A DNA stretch of 50,615 nt from a virus (Duplodnaviria > Caudoviricetes). Shown one piece after another: positions 24,868-35,534 of this stretch. The notes below the pieces were generated by a model. That model made no database searches. It was not told the DNA's origin and saw nothing but the letters and a program-made list of their open reading frames with translations. The stretch covers positions 1 through 50,615 of the IMG/VR virus record IMGVR_UViG_3300048074_000056; one strand, given 5' to 3'. The position numbers were made by a program, and so were the translations under genes. The stretch's first letter is position 1; the number at the start of each line of letters is the position of its first letter.

Positions 24868-26163
24868 TTATGGGGTGGTGGGGGTGGTCGTACTGGGCTT
24901 CTGAAACAACCCCACAATATCCTTCACCCCTGAAGCAATCTGAGGGATCGCACTTGCCAACCCCATCAAGCTGGCGTTGGAGGCCGACCCAAACGGCGAG
25001 TAGCCCTGTTGGACGTAGTTCTGTTGGGAGGCGAGGTTCGACAGACCCCCCAACTGTTGGAACATACGGGCGGAGGGGGTGAGTTGTTCGATCTGACTCC
25101 CAAGGTTGAAGGCGTCTTGGGCGTAGCTAACAGGCATCGCGACGTTGGCCTGCCGCATCGCCGACAGGATGGGAATACCTTGCACTCGTCGCTGAGCCGC
25201 TGCCTCCCTTGCGTTGTAGTCGAGCTGCCCCAACTCGGTCTCGATGTCTTTCAGCCTCCGCTGAGAAGCGTTCTGGAAGTCGGTAGAGAAGAGGCCGGTT
25301 TGGGGAGCATATTGTTGGGTGATGGCAGGGAGGTCTTCGGTCTGGTAGCGCCGCTGGGCTGCTTTGATGATGGACGAGATGTCGGTGGGGTTGCCGGTAC
25401 GAGCCAACTCGTCGGCGAGACGCACGACGTCGGCGAGTGGCCCTGTCGTCCAGTCGTTCATGGCTGACCCAGCCTGTTCGAGGGAGGCTAGGGGCACCTC
25501 GTTCTGGTAGCGGTTCTGGGTGTCCCCGTAGACGTAGGCACGGCCAAGGGCCTGCAAGGGGGTTAGACCCTCGTAGGTGGGGTTGAAGACTCCGTAGTTG
25601 ACTCGTTCATCCTGCTCTTTGTATTTGACCTTGCTCTTCTTCTTCTTGCCGAAGAGGCCACCGACGAGGGGGAGCTTCGAGAGTCCTTTGGTGATGGTAG
25701 ATCCGACGCCGGGGATGAGAGACAAACCGCCGGTGACACCCGCCAACCCACCACCAACGAGGGTGGAAGCGAGAGGGTTCACTGAGATACCGCCTCGGCC
25801 GGCGGAGGGGGCTCCCGAGTTCCCGAACGGGAGCTGGCTCCCCGAGCCATACCCCCCGGTCCCCGACAGATCCACCACCTTCCCACCCCACGGCGAGAAG
25901 TCGAATCCCCCGAACCCCGAGAAGTCCTGCCCATACTGACCGAGTGGGTTCACGAGGTGCTTGGTGGACTGTTGGGTCTTTCCCCCCACGTCGTACCACC
26001 CCACCCTCCCATACCCAAGCAGCTCTCGGATGAGGGGGTCGGTGGGGGTGAGGGAGGTTAGCTGAGGGCTGGAAGCCTTCTGTTTCGAGCTACTCGACTT
26101 GGCGGAGAGGAGTCCACCGGCGATGGAGCCGGCTGCACCAATGAGGGGGGCTACCCATGCCAT
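24868..26163 (-). CDS. DNA transfer / pilot-like ejection protein
   Basis: MAWVAPLIGAAGSIAGGLLS N-terminus typical of podoviral ejection proteins. Confidence 0.65.
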   Translation of the reverse strand: MAWVAPLIGAAGSIAGGLLSAKSSSSKQKASSPQLTSLTPTDPLIRELLGYGRVGWYDVGGKTQQSTKHLVNPLGQYGQDFSGFGGFDFSPWGGKVVDLSGTGGYGSGSQLPFGNSGAPSAGRGGISVNPLASTLVGGGLAGVTGGLSLIPGVGSTITKGLSKLPLVGGLFGKKKKSKVKYKEQDERVNYGVFNPTYEGLTPLQALGRAYVYGDTQNRYQNEVPLASLEQAGSAMNDWTTGPLADVVRLADELARTGNPTDISSIIKAAQRRYQTEDLPAITQQYAPQTGLFSTDFQNASQRRLKDIETELGQLDYNAREAAAQRRVQGIPILSAMRQANVAMPVSYAQDAFNLGSQIEQLTPSARMFQQLGGLSNLASQQNYVQQGYSPFGSASNASLMGLASAIPQIASGVKDIVGLFQKPSTTTPTTP

Positions 26164-26218
26164 GCTGACTACCTCGGGGTGTGGCTGCACCCAAGCATAC
26201 CACCCCGTGGGGACAACA

Positions 26219-28231
26219 TCACTCTCGGATTTTGGCGTCCCCACTCACGATCAGGTGGCCCTTCACGGATTCCAACCTCACCGCCCCAGACCCGGTAATG
26301 GTCCACCCGAGGTGGGTGTGGGTGAGACGGTGGTCGGTGTAGACCGTTTGGAGGGAACCCAGCGTGGCGGTGGTGGGGAGGGCGATGAGGTGGGTGTCAC
26401 GGGTACCCTCCCCATCATAGAAACCCATCAGGTAGCCGTATGGGCCTGTGTAGACGTACTCCCCCCACAATAAATCGCCTGTTTTGTAGAGGGTGGGGTC
26501 GCCATGGTGGGTTGGGCTTGATTCCAACTGCCAGAACGGCTCTTGGCCGTCCCGAGTGTGGGTGAGGTCAGAGTACCCAAACACGACACCCCCCGCGGTC
26601 CCAAACAACCCGCGGGCGAACGCATACTTGGCACCAAAGTCGGCCCACGTTCGGACCTCACTCGACCATGTTGATGTGAGTGCGGCCCATGTAACCGCGC
26701 TCTGAGAGAGGGTGTCGGCAAACGACAGGTAGGTGGGGTAGTGGATCGAGTATTCGTCGGGCCAAAGGTTGCCGGTGGCGATGTCGAGGTTCCACATTCG
26801 GTTGGGAGACACCGTTTCACCCGAGCCCGCCGGCCACGCAATCCTCACCAAGTGGCGGAGAGAGTCGTACGCACAGGTGATGCGATCGCGAGACTGGGTG
26901 GCGAGGGTAGAGAAGAAGGTGTCGTTCCACTTGTGGGCACCAGCCTCATTGATGCCGACGGGGGTGACTGACCCCTCCGAGTCGATGAGGAAGAACCCAT
27001 CTTCCCCGATGAAGAAGTGGATGTCTCGACTCACGGGGCACACTGCCCGGGAGGCGATGGCCCCCCGCCGCCGCTCCACATAGGTACGGTAGAAAGGCTC
27101 GTCCACGTTGTCGGTACGCACGAGGAAGGCGATCCCGTCTCTCGCATACGCCGCCACCTTGTCACCGATCGGTAGAACTCGAACCAGTTCTCGGGAGAAC
27201 TCGTTGAGGTCGAGGGCCCCCGCCGTCACACCCACCGCCGGCCAGTCGTACGCCGAGCCGTCGGCGTCGGTGTAGGAGTCGATGAACTCCAGCACCGAGG
27301 GATCGCCGATGGCTGACCACCTCACGCGCTGGGGGAAGTTCTTGATGGAGGTTCCCTGCCATTCGGTGGTGTTGGCGAAGATGGCCCGCTCGTCGAAGTT
27401 GCAGACCGACTGGGCAGAGAAGCTGCGAGCCATCCACGTCGTAGCGTCGGTGTTGTTTAGGGCACCCCCGAACGAGGTTAGTTGGCCCCACTCAAGGTCG
27501 TTCGAGTCGTTGTGGTAGATGACGAGGACGGGGGAATCGACACCGCAGGTCATCACCATACAGGAGCGGTTGATGTTGAGGGAGGTGGTGACTGACGACA
27601 CACCGGGACCCGACTCGGTCCCGGTGAGGCGGGTGTGGGAGCCGGCGGGTTGGGCTTGGATGGGACGGGCTCGGTTCGGACACCCCCCAACAAACACCGC
27701 GGAGTCCCACAACTGGCTGGCGTCCGACAGAGGGGCACCATGGAAGGTGGTGGCTCGGATGGTGGCGTCGTCGAAGGTGCCGGCAGCCTTGCGAGAAATC
27801 CACGCCCCTGTGTCGTCCCGAGTGTGGATCACCGCCGAGTTGATGGTGGCTCCATCCCCGGCCGTCACCGCCACCAAAAACAACCGCAGTTCGGAGACGA
27901 CCGACTGGGCAGGCCACTGCCACAAACCGATCACCGCGGACCCCGTGCTGGCGGGGAGGGTGGCGGTGTTGCCGAGAGGGAATGGGTTGGAGCCGAGGAC
28001 GTCGTAGGAACGCACCCACCCATCGTCATTCACGAGGGCTCCTTCGGACGAGATGATCCCCGAAGCCTTCTTGAAGGTGGACCAATCACACATGTCGATG
28101 GGGAGGTCGGGGCAGTAACCCTTCCACGGCGGGACCGCCCTCACCTCTTTGCGGGCGAGGGTGTTGGCGCGCGACCGATAGGCGGAGCGTTGGCGGTCAC
28201 GTTTGTAGTTGCGGCCAAAGTTGGTGGGCAC
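26219..28231 (-). CDS. Tail nozzle / head-closure protein (P22 gp10 or tubular B-like)
   Basis: RVRWSAIGDP, RGAIASRAV, FFIGEDGFF beta-propeller motifs. Confidence 0.75.
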   Translation of the reverse strand: MPTNFGRNYKRDRQRSAYRSRANTLARKEVRAVPPWKGYCPDLPIDMCDWSTFKKASGIISSEGALVNDDGWVRSYDVLGSNPFPLGNTATLPASTGSAVIGLWQWPAQSVVSELRLFLVAVTAGDGATINSAVIHTRDDTGAWISRKAAGTFDDATIRATTFHGAPLSDASQLWDSAVFVGGCPNRARPIQAQPAGSHTRLTGTESGPGVSSVTTSLNINRSCMVMTCGVDSPVLVIYHNDSNDLEWGQLTSFGGALNNTDATTWMARSFSAQSVCNFDERAIFANTTEWQGTSIKNFPQRVRWSAIGDPSVLEFIDSYTDADGSAYDWPAVGVTAGALDLNEFSRELVRVLPIGDKVAAYARDGIAFLVRTDNVDEPFYRTYVERRRGAIASRAVCPVSRDIHFFIGEDGFFLIDSEGSVTPVGINEAGAHKWNDTFFSTLATQSRDRITCAYDSLRHLVRIAWPAGSGETVSPNRMWNLDIATGNLWPDEYSIHYPTYLSFADTLSQSAVTWAALTSTWSSEVRTWADFGAKYAFARGLFGTAGGVVFGYSDLTHTRDGQEPFWQLESSPTHHGDPTLYKTGDLLWGEYVYTGPYGYLMGFYDGEGTRDTHLIALPTTATLGSLQTVYTDHRLTHTHLGWTITGSGAVRLESVKGHLIVSGDAKIRE

Positions 28232-28251
28232 CGCGGGTTCCTTGGGGTGGG

Positions 28252-29844
28252 TTAGGTGAGGCGAGCGTCCGCGACCCAGTGAAACCAGAAGCGAGGGTCA
28301 ATGGTGATGTTTACGGGATTGCTGGTGTCTGGAGTCCCCCAAACATTCGGGGTGGTTTCGCACGCAAACCCCCTCTCTCCAGTACCCTGAGCGGATACCG
28401 CAGCACTGGTGTCGATTCCTTGCTGAGCGGAATATACCACTCCACTCGTGTCGCTGGTTACCGTAGACCACATTGTTACAGTCGGTACGGTTCGCATCCG
28501 AACCGGGAAACATACCTGACACCGTTGAGCTAGTGGTTTTAGTTGGGCTCGGGTGGTAGGACCGCTACCGCCACCAACCTCAAGCTGAAGCTCAAACCCG
28601 TCTCCACCGGATTGGCATATGCCAACCGTGTTGGGTGCAGTCCCAACTCTCGTCGCGAGGTCGTAGCTCTTCTGGTAGTAGCGTTGGCACGCCTCCACCT
28701 CGTAACCGATGTCGGTGATCTGGTAGTTACCAGATGCCAGCGCCAACCCGATCACAGGTAGAGTCATGTACGCGGAGTTAGCGCCGGTCGGGAAGGTGTG
28801 GGTGGCCCCAGTCAGCCTCCACGCCGACCCACCTGTCGTCGTCCATGTTTCTGATACGGCCGACTCGTTACCGTTACCAGCCGCCAACACCACACTCACC
28901 AGCACCCCTCGGTTCTCGGTGACGTCCCAACTTCCCGAGAAGGTGTCCCAGTTGACCGTCTTGGAGACGAGGGTCCAAGTGTTGGCGACCACCGTGAAGT
29001 TGGTGAGGTAGTAACGAGCGTTGCCGGTGGAGTGGAGAGCGAGGGTGTAGGTGGCTGATTCAGTGCTCCTGAACCAGAAGTAGATGTTCACCGTACGCCC
29101 GAAGAAGTCTCGGATGCGGTGGCCCTCGATGGGGTGTGACATACGGATGACGTCGGTGGTAGAGGTGCTGGGGCTCCATGCACCGTCCGCCGTGTCCATA
29201 TACATACGGAGGGAACCATGGGGGACGATGTAGGTGGCACCCGCCGTCGTGAAGTCGCCCAACGCCGGTACGACCCCGGTGTCGAGTCGTTGCTTGACGG
29301 CCATCCCCCCACTCTCGCTCACATACCCATACCAACCATCCACTGTGTAGAGGGGGGTGGTGGTGAGGTCGGCGGACGCAGTGGTGGCCGTCGATCCAAA
29401 CTGCTGGTTGATGTTGAGATAGGGGTTGATGAATCGGTTGGCAGGGACAGAGCCCGACCCCGAAGCGGGGATCGTGGTCACAGGGGACCATGTGGCTCCC
29501 GCCCCCGTGTTCACATAGAGCTGCTTGTTGTCGGAGTCTACCCATAGACGGCCGGGGTCGAGGGCGTTCGAGCCGTTGTTGGGGCTGGTGGAGGTTGTGG
29601 GGGAGTAGTCGGCCGCCTTGAGGGTGGTGGGTTGGGCAGACTCATAGAATGCGCGGGCTGACCCCTCCCGATGGCGGCCGGTGTCGATCGGCTCACCATC
29701 AATGGACGTGGAGTTCCAAGCGTGCTCGGTGTTGGCACGGTTGGCGGTTTCCTTGCGGGTGTCTTGGATCTCCTCGTTGCCACCACCCGCACCATCCCCG
29801 TCCACCGGAGTATTGTTGAAGGTGGTATCCCAACTCTCACCCAT
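28252..29844 (-). CDS. Tail fiber / receptor-binding protein
   Basis: NRFINP...VDGW...IEG...CQRYYQKSY...FPVRMRTVPTVT...ADARL. Confidence 0.7.
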   Translation of the reverse strand: MGESWDTTFNNTPVDGDGAGGGNEEIQDTRKETANRANTEHAWNSTSIDGEPIDTGRHREGSARAFYESAQPTTLKAADYSPTTSTSPNNGSNALDPGRLWVDSDNKQLYVNTGAGATWSPVTTIPASGSGSVPANRFINPYLNINQQFGSTATTASADLTTTPLYTVDGWYGYVSESGGMAVKQRLDTGVVPALGDFTTAGATYIVPHGSLRMYMDTADGAWSPSTSTTDVIRMSHPIEGHRIRDFFGRTVNIYFWFRSTESATYTLALHSTGNARYYLTNFTVVANTWTLVSKTVNWDTFSGSWDVTENRGVLVSVVLAAGNGNESAVSETWTTTGGSAWRLTGATHTFPTGANSAYMTLPVIGLALASGNYQITDIGYEVEACQRYYQKSYDLATRVGTAPNTVGICQSGGDGFELQLEVGGGSGPTTRAQLKPLAQRCQVCFPVRMRTVPTVTMWSTVTSDTSGVVYSAQQGIDTSAAVSAQGTGERGFACETTPNVWGTPDTSNPVNITIDPRFWFHWVADARLT

Positions 29845-29853
29845 CTCTGACTC

Positions 29854-30087
29854 CTACGGCCCGGTGATGTCCCCGAGGGCCTTTTCGATGTCGGTCGCCA
29901 TCGCTTCCACCTTCAGATCCAGCTTGTCGAGGGTGCTCTTCAGCTCGGCTACCCGCTGCTGTGATAAGAGGAGGCTGGCGCGAGCAGCTTGGAGGTGTTC
30001 GTGGATGCGACCCCGTTCGGCTACCGCCGCACGAAGGGGGTCGAGACGTTCGAGGTTGGCGAGGATGGCCGCTGTCAGTTTGCTCAC
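29854..30087 (-). CDS. Small coiled-coil protein
   Basis: GTG start after GGAGG, overlaps upstream stop; 3' end of ORF 29854..30972. Confidence 0.6.
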   Translation of the reverse strand: MSKLTAAILANLERLDPLRAAVAERGRIHEHLQAARASLLLSQQRVAELKSTLDKLDLKVEAMATDIEKALGDITGP

Positions 30088-30776
30088 ATGCCCCTCCTGC
30101 CATACCCACCCGTTGCTTGCGGGTCTACCGACATTCGCATCCCACGTTCGCCCGCCAACTTCATGACCGGTGTCACGTCGCTTACGAGGGTGGCGAAGTC
30201 TTGAATGGCTACCTCGGCTCGGTCGGGCACGTTGAGTGATCGCCACCCACGGGCCGTGGCTCCCACCACCAACACCTCGTCCCACATCTCTGCGATGGGG
30301 GACACTCCGTCGGGTACGCTCACCTCGAACAGGCTGGGACGCATCCACCCCCTCACCTGAACCGCCCCTCCAGCCCACGTCGAGTCGGGAGCCGGGTAGA
30401 TGCGGACGGCCCGGGTGGGGCCGTAGGTGTAGTAGGCGGGGGTTCCCTCGGGGGTCGGGAACGACTGCCACTGGTCGAAGGTTTCGGGGGTGGTGTTCTC
30501 CAGCCACCGATAGAAGGTGCCGCCGCTCCCCTGCTGAACCTTGACTTGGTAGGGGGCGATGAGGCGGGTGGGGACCGCGTAGTTGGTGGTGCCAGCCACC
30601 ATCGTTGCCCCCGGCCCATCTTCCAGTAGTTCGATGTGGCGGTAGATGTGGGGTTGGGTGACGTGGAGGAGCGCCCAGTTGATCCACTGGGTGAGGCGGG
30701 CGGTGGTGATACCCGAACGGTTGTCGAGGGCATACCGGGTGTTCTCGGTCAGCTCGGTGAGGGTCATCAAGCCCAC
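30084..30776 (-). CDS. Head-tail adaptor (tail tubular A-like)
   Basis: LTQWINWAL, GTTNYAVP, GTPAYY, RIYPAPD. Confidence 0.75.
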   Translation of the reverse strand: MGLMTLTELTENTRYALDNRSGITTARLTQWINWALLHVTQPHIYRHIELLEDGPGATMVAGTTNYAVPTRLIAPYQVKVQQGSGGTFYRWLENTTPETFDQWQSFPTPEGTPAYYTYGPTRAVRIYPAPDSTWAGGAVQVRGWMRPSLFEVSVPDGVSPIAEMWDEVLVVGATARGWRSLNVPDRAEVAIQDFATLVSDVTPVMKLAGERGMRMSVDPQATGGYGRRGM

Positions 30777-30778
30777 GG

Positions 30779-31465
30779 TTATCTCCAGCTCCGCGATTCA
30801 CGGCGGGCAGGGCGCGGGGGCGGCTCCCCCGGATCATAGCATGATGAACACACCAGACTCCCGCGAGCCCACCCATCCTCCACCATCTCGTTGACGGGTC
30901 GAGTGAAGCCACAACGGTCGCAGCGGTGGAGCCGCTCGGAGGCGTTTCGGTACCCCTGCCGACCTGACTCAATCGGCACCTCGCCGGTGAGGATGAGGGG
31001 GGTTGACCGGGTGAGGAAGCACTGGGGGTCGGCGGTCACTGTGAAGTAGAGGTAGCCGTCCCACCCCGGCCGCCGGTACGGGGCTCCCAGCGCCCCCAGA
31101 TCGAGGCTGAGGGTCATGGGAGTGCCAGACGTCGCGGGGATGGTGGCGGTGGCCACCGTGGCCACCGTGGCCCCACTCGGGGGGTTGGTGGTGGACCATG
31201 GGGTGGGGGCGAAGGTGGGCCACCCCTGCGGGGTCGAGGGAACCACCACCCCAACCGTGAGGGTGCCTGACCCTCCCAACCCGCCTGTGGTGAGGGTGAG
31301 GGTGGCACCACGGTAGAGGTAGGCGGTTTGGTTGCCTGAGCGGGGGAGGGGTCCGTAGCGAAGGCCAACGATGGGGGCGGGGGTGGCGAGGATGGGGTCG
31401 TTAGATTCGTTCCAGACGCCGGTGGCCATGTAGCCGACTTGGGCGACGGTGGGGGTGATGCTCAT
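30779..31465 (-). CDS. Virion-associated protein with C-terminal Zn-ribbon
   Basis: MSITPT start; RCDRCGF...LVCSSCYDP. Confidence 0.65.
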   Translation of the reverse strand: MSITPTVAQVGYMATGVWNESNDPILATPAPIVGLRYGPLPRSGNQTAYLYRGATLTLTTGGLGGSGTLTVGVVVPSTPQGWPTFAPTPWSTTNPPSGATVATVATATIPATSGTPMTLSLDLGALGAPYRRPGWDGYLYFTVTADPQCFLTRSTPLILTGEVPIESGRQGYRNASERLHRCDRCGFTRPVNEMVEDGWARGSLVCSSCYDPGEPPPRPARRESRSWR

Positions 31466-31872
31466 GGGGTTAGCCTCGGTTGGCCGGGGGCACCGGTGGG
31501 GAACGCCGCGGGGGTGGAGGACCAGTCGGTGCCTCCCACACCCAATGCGTTGAAGCACTGGCCGCGCACCGACCCGAGGCCCGAGGCCGACGAGACGCTG
31601 AACTGGTAGGTCGTGCCCGGCGTCGGGCTCGCCTCGCTCACCGTCACCGGCGCGCTGCCTGTCCACGTGAACGTCCAGTCACACCGCGCCAGCTCGCCCG
31701 GCCGGTGCGCGACGCCCGCGGCATTGAGATCGGGCGCGCACCATCGCACGACACCAGCGGTGGCGTCGTACTGCGAGCCGGACCACGCAGTGGGGCACGC
31801 GGCATGGGAGGCTTGCGCGAGGATGATCGCCGTGAACGTAGTCATGAACCCAGCAATGTGCTTCACGGCCAC
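31462..31872 (-). CDS. Signal-peptide protein with Ig/Fn3-like beta domain
   Basis: Hydrophobic N-terminus ending ASHA; PGTTYQFSV, PGQPRL. Confidence 0.65.
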   Translation of the reverse strand: MAVKHIAGFMTTFTAIILAQASHAACPTAWSGSQYDATAGVVRWCAPDLNAAGVAHRPGELARCDWTFTWTGSAPVTVSEASPTPGTTYQFSVSSASGLGSVRGQCFNALGVGGTDWSSTPAAFPTGAPGQPRLTP

Positions 31873-32819
31873 GAATATGCTCCTTCTTCCCCTGAGACTC
31901 GCAACACCTTGTTCGCGACGGGTGCGGCAGACTCGATCTCGCTTGTCGGGCCAATAAACTGGTTAGAGTCAGTGTCCCACTTAGCCATCATCGCGTGGGT
32001 AATGTAGCGGTTCCCTGCGCAGGTGTTTTGCCGGTACATATTGATGATCGCTGCTGTGAGGTCTCCACCAGTGCAAGTGCCAGCAGGGCATGCTTTCCCT
32101 ACATAAGTCTTGTTCCAATCGGCAACCTTGCCGTCCTCGACTCCGCGAACGTGACCCTCTCCATAGAGGCCCGTGCCGGCATAAATGTTTCCAGATGCGC
32201 AAATCTCGGCGTAGCACCACTGATTGCGGCAATCCTCGATCGTCAGCGTTCCCGTCTTGGACAGGTTATAGGATGAGTCGGCCACATCGTTCCCGTCCGC
32301 ATCCATGTTGATGATCGTGAATCGTTCCAGCGTGCTCTCCGCGAAATCCCAGTGCAGCGCAGCATTCGACCCACCCCATGAGAACTCTGCGAACTTGTTT
32401 GCCTGACACCCGTTCGCGCCCTTCGCATCGTAATCTGCTGAGTATCGAGTGTAGAAGCGAGCGCAGACACGACGTGTGTTTGTGTCGTCCGCGGTGTCGG
32501 TAAACGACAACTGAGCGCCGACACCGTTCTCTGGACCACGTTGCGCGATGTACGAAATCCCACCGGGAAGCTCAAACCCCGTAGCCGACAGTGGCGTCCA
32601 GTTAGAGGCGTTGTAAAGCGTGCATGTGCTGTTGCAAGGCTTCACGGTCGAGTCGTCGGGGTTCTCGCTACCTCCGCAACCGCCAGCCGAGTAGTTGCTG
32701 GTGTTGAGTGGCTCGCTGCACACGCAGTTTGCACCAAGCGATGTACACAGCGACTCTTCGGCGTGTGCCTCCGCGCTAAGCACCACCGCCATCAGCACCA
32801 CAAGCAGTACGTGCAACAT
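31863..32819 (-). CDS. Signal-peptide, Cys-rich lectin/polysaccharide-lyase-like protein
   Basis: MLHVLLVVLMAVVLSAEAHA; RFYTRYSADY, NQWCYAEI. Confidence 0.6.
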   Translation of the reverse strand: MLHVLLVVLMAVVLSAEAHAEESLCTSLGANCVCSEPLNTSNYSAGGCGGSENPDDSTVKPCNSTCTLYNASNWTPLSATGFELPGGISYIAQRGPENGVGAQLSFTDTADDTNTRRVCARFYTRYSADYDAKGANGCQANKFAEFSWGGSNAALHWDFAESTLERFTIINMDADGNDVADSSYNLSKTGTLTIEDCRNQWCYAEICASGNIYAGTGLYGEGHVRGVEDGKVADWNKTYVGKACPAGTCTGGDLTAAIINMYRQNTCAGNRYITHAMMAKWDTDSNQFIGPTSEIESAAPVANKVLRVSGEEGAYSWP

Positions 32820-32865
32820 TATGTTCTCCTGTAGGGTTTGAGCGCGGGCATGAGGTGAATCGCGG

Positions 32866-34308
32866 TCACTCGAAGTATCCGTTGACTGAAACCAAGAACA
32901 CAATCACCCCGGCCGATGTTACCGTGCCGAGATTTTTCATGATGGTCTGAACGAACTCACCCGGCTGCACCACGATAGGGCTTGCGAACTGAACGCTTAC
33001 GACTCCTGTACCAATCGTGCCGACGGCAGCAGTGACGGGAAACGTCATAATCCCAAGCGGGACTCGTCGCGATGCCTTTGTTGCTGCACCCTCGGCGGTC
33101 GCCAGAGATACAGCCGTGTTGCCGTATCCGAGCGACCATGCACCGAGAACCGGCCCGCCGGTGAGCGCGGCAGTGACAAGCCCTGCGATGTAGATCCCGG
33201 TTATGTAGAGCGTTTTGCCCGGCAACGCGGCCGTCCCGAGCGGCACCTGATAGGACGAAATAATTCCGTCGGTTCCTGCTGCTAGCGTCGGTTGCAACGC
33301 AAACTGTCCACCCAAGCCAGAACCAAGGGCAGCAGTCGTGTTAGTTGCCGCAGCTCCCGCGCCAGCGGCGAGGCTGTTCGTGTAAAGTGCGGTGCTTCCC
33401 ATCGTGCCACCGGTCTGACCTTGCGAAGACATTCCACCTGCGCCGCAGAGCACGTCGGCCCACGGCTTCGACTTCTCCGCGTCCGCGATGTTCACGCCGG
33501 CAAAGGCGATTCGGATTTGCTGCGCCGATGACACCGCACCAACATTCGCAACGCGCGCAAACAATGGGAGCATTCCGCTTGCCGAAGGACCGACACCCGC
33601 CGGAACAGACACGACAGCGACAATGACGTCATCCACCCAAAATATGACTTCATCCGTATCAATCTGAATGACGAAGTGTCTTGTTGTGTCTGTTCCAACA
33701 AGTGCCGCGAAGTCGAGCGACGAAGACACGGTTTCTGATCCTGAGTAGGATACGACGCACTGGAAAAGCGACGCAGAAGTCAGACGGAAAAAGCATCCGT
33801 CAGTGGGTGCCCATGGCGTCGTTGCCGCACAGACTCCTAATCCCCATTCGACGATATTGTTCGCCTGTGGCATTTCCTTGAACTGCGCGCGGATTTCTGT
33901 CGTCAGGGGGAATGTCCCGTAGATGGGGAAACTGCGGTAAGTGGAAACGTTCGCCGAGTTGGTTGTGGTGACGCTGGCTCCTGCGTTTAGCGTCACCAAA
34001 CCCCCTGACACAGTTACCGTCATCGAGGTGAGGTTCGATCTCCATAGCGCGGTATTCAACGCGGCTCCCGGGAACCACTCATTGAACCACGGCGTGTCGA
34101 CGCCGACTCGGACTCGATAGTCCTGCGTGATGTCGACGCCGAGGACGCGGCGCGTCCCGGTCACGTCGCCAGCGTCGGATTCACACGCGGCCGTGACGAA
34201 CCCTGCAAGCAAGGAATCCGCGGGGACGTTGACGTGTGCGTTGCCGTCCGTGTCGACCGTCATCTCGGCGCTGGCCGGCGTACCGTTCGCGAGTTTGATA
34301 CCGCTCAT
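32866..34308 (-). CDS. Beta-rich virion structural protein
   Basis: 480 aa, Thr/Gly/Ala-rich, LamG-like central part (VIFWVDDV). Confidence 0.6.
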   Translation of the reverse strand: MSGIKLANGTPASAEMTVDTDGNAHVNVPADSLLAGFVTAACESDAGDVTGTRRVLGVDITQDYRVRVGVDTPWFNEWFPGAALNTALWRSNLTSMTVTVSGGLVTLNAGASVTTTNSANVSTYRSFPIYGTFPLTTEIRAQFKEMPQANNIVEWGLGVCAATTPWAPTDGCFFRLTSASLFQCVVSYSGSETVSSSLDFAALVGTDTTRHFVIQIDTDEVIFWVDDVIVAVVSVPAGVGPSASGMLPLFARVANVGAVSSAQQIRIAFAGVNIADAEKSKPWADVLCGAGGMSSQGQTGGTMGSTALYTNSLAAGAGAAATNTTAALGSGLGGQFALQPTLAAGTDGIISSYQVPLGTAALPGKTLYITGIYIAGLVTAALTGGPVLGAWSLGYGNTAVSLATAEGAATKASRRVPLGIMTFPVTAAVGTIGTGVVSVQFASPIVVQPGEFVQTIMKNLGTVTSAGVIVFLVSVNGYFE

Positions 34309-34311
34309 TCG

Positions 34312-34986
34312 TCAGACTCCTACACACGCGAACGTGTATGTGCCCTTGGCTTCGATCGGCGCGTACACCGACAGGGTGAACCCGACGCCTGCGCTGCGGG
34401 CGCTCACCGTCGGCGAGAACTGAAACAGCACTGTCTCCTCGACCTCACCTGCCGCGGCGCGCGGCGTTGCCACGATCACGCTCGTTCCCGTGACCCACGC
34501 TTGCCCGGTGACGACCGTCTCGGCGAAGTGTGTGAACGACGCGCCGAAGTCGACCGTCACCTCGACGGCGTTCCCACCACCAGCCGCGGCCCACTTGACA
34601 CCCGTCGCCGCTGCACTGTCCGCGGTGAGGACGTATCCGTTCGCACCCACAGCCAAAGCGACGGCCGTGTCGTTCGCGGTGGCCACCGCGAGGTCACCCT
34701 TTGCGTCCCACAGGGTGTCGGTGGCCATGGCACCCCCCGACGCATTGATCGTCAGGAGGCCACCCGGGCCACCATCCACAAATGAGATGTTGGTGCCCGC
34801 GGTGATGACACGTTCGTCGGTTAGGGTCGCGTTGGTGCCGAGGGTGAGGTAGGAGGCCCCGACGGGGGCTCCACCCGAGTGGTCATCCACATATCGTTTG
34901 GTGGCGGCGTCCTGATTCTCTTGAGGTTCAGGGAGGTGTTTGATGCCCACGGGGGCGATCACCAGCTCCCGAAATACCTTGGGCAT
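34312..34986 (-). CDS. Fiber-like structural protein
   Basis: DAATKRYVD, LTDERVITAG, AKGDL...VGANGYVLTADS..TGVKW fiber motifs. Confidence 0.65.
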   Translation of the reverse strand: MPKVFRELVIAPVGIKHLPEPQENQDAATKRYVDDHSGGAPVGASYLTLGTNATLTDERVITAGTNISFVDGGPGGLLTINASGGAMATDTLWDAKGDLAVATANDTAVALAVGANGYVLTADSAAATGVKWAAAGGGNAVEVTVDFGASFTHFAETVVTGQAWVTGTSVIVATPRAAAGEVEETVLFQFSPTVSARSAGVGFTLSVYAPIEAKGTYTFACVGV

Positions 34987-35108
34987 GGTGAAACCTCTAT
35001 CCGATTGGCCGCCGACTCCGAGGGGACCGCACCCCTACAATCCACTGATCCCGGAGCCGACGGCACACTCGGTGCAACCTAGTGGGGTGAAGTGTACCCC
35101 ACCCTACC

Positions 35109-35534
35109 TCAGGGGGTACCCCACGTTTGGGGACAGACGAGGGTGGTGACTGGGTTTCCGCCTCGGGGGCTCGTGAAGGTGCCGGGCTCCACGTCCGCGG
35201 TCGAACCCACACACCTCGATCGAAGGCACCCCACCCACCGCCGAGGCACCCACGCACACTCGTCGGGGCGCAGTTGGTGGGGGACACCCGGAGACGCTTT
35301 CCCGACGTTCTCGACAGCCACCCCCACATCTACCACCACATGCAGGAGGGGGCGGACAGCGGGGCAGGGGCCGGGAAACTGGACGAGTTGCTTGGTGGGG
35401 GGTGCAGTGAAGTCCGGGCAGGCCGCGTGCGCCTCGCCGCAGCACAGCATGAAGACGCCGACCCAGAACGCGCACACCGCGGCCAGCACTACGGACTGCA
35501 AGGTCAGCGCGTACCATTTCGCGCGGTCCATCAT
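35109..35534 (-). CDS. Membrane or secreted Cys-containing protein
   Basis: N-terminal hydrophobic segment ending EAHA. Confidence 0.55.
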   Translation of the reverse strand: MMDRAKWYALTLQSVVLAAVCAFWVGVFMLCCGEAHAACPDFTAPPTKQLVQFPGPCPAVRPLLHVVVDVGVAVENVGKASPGVPHQLRPDECAWVPRRWVGCLRSRCVGSTADVEPGTFTSPRGGNPVTTLVCPQTWGTP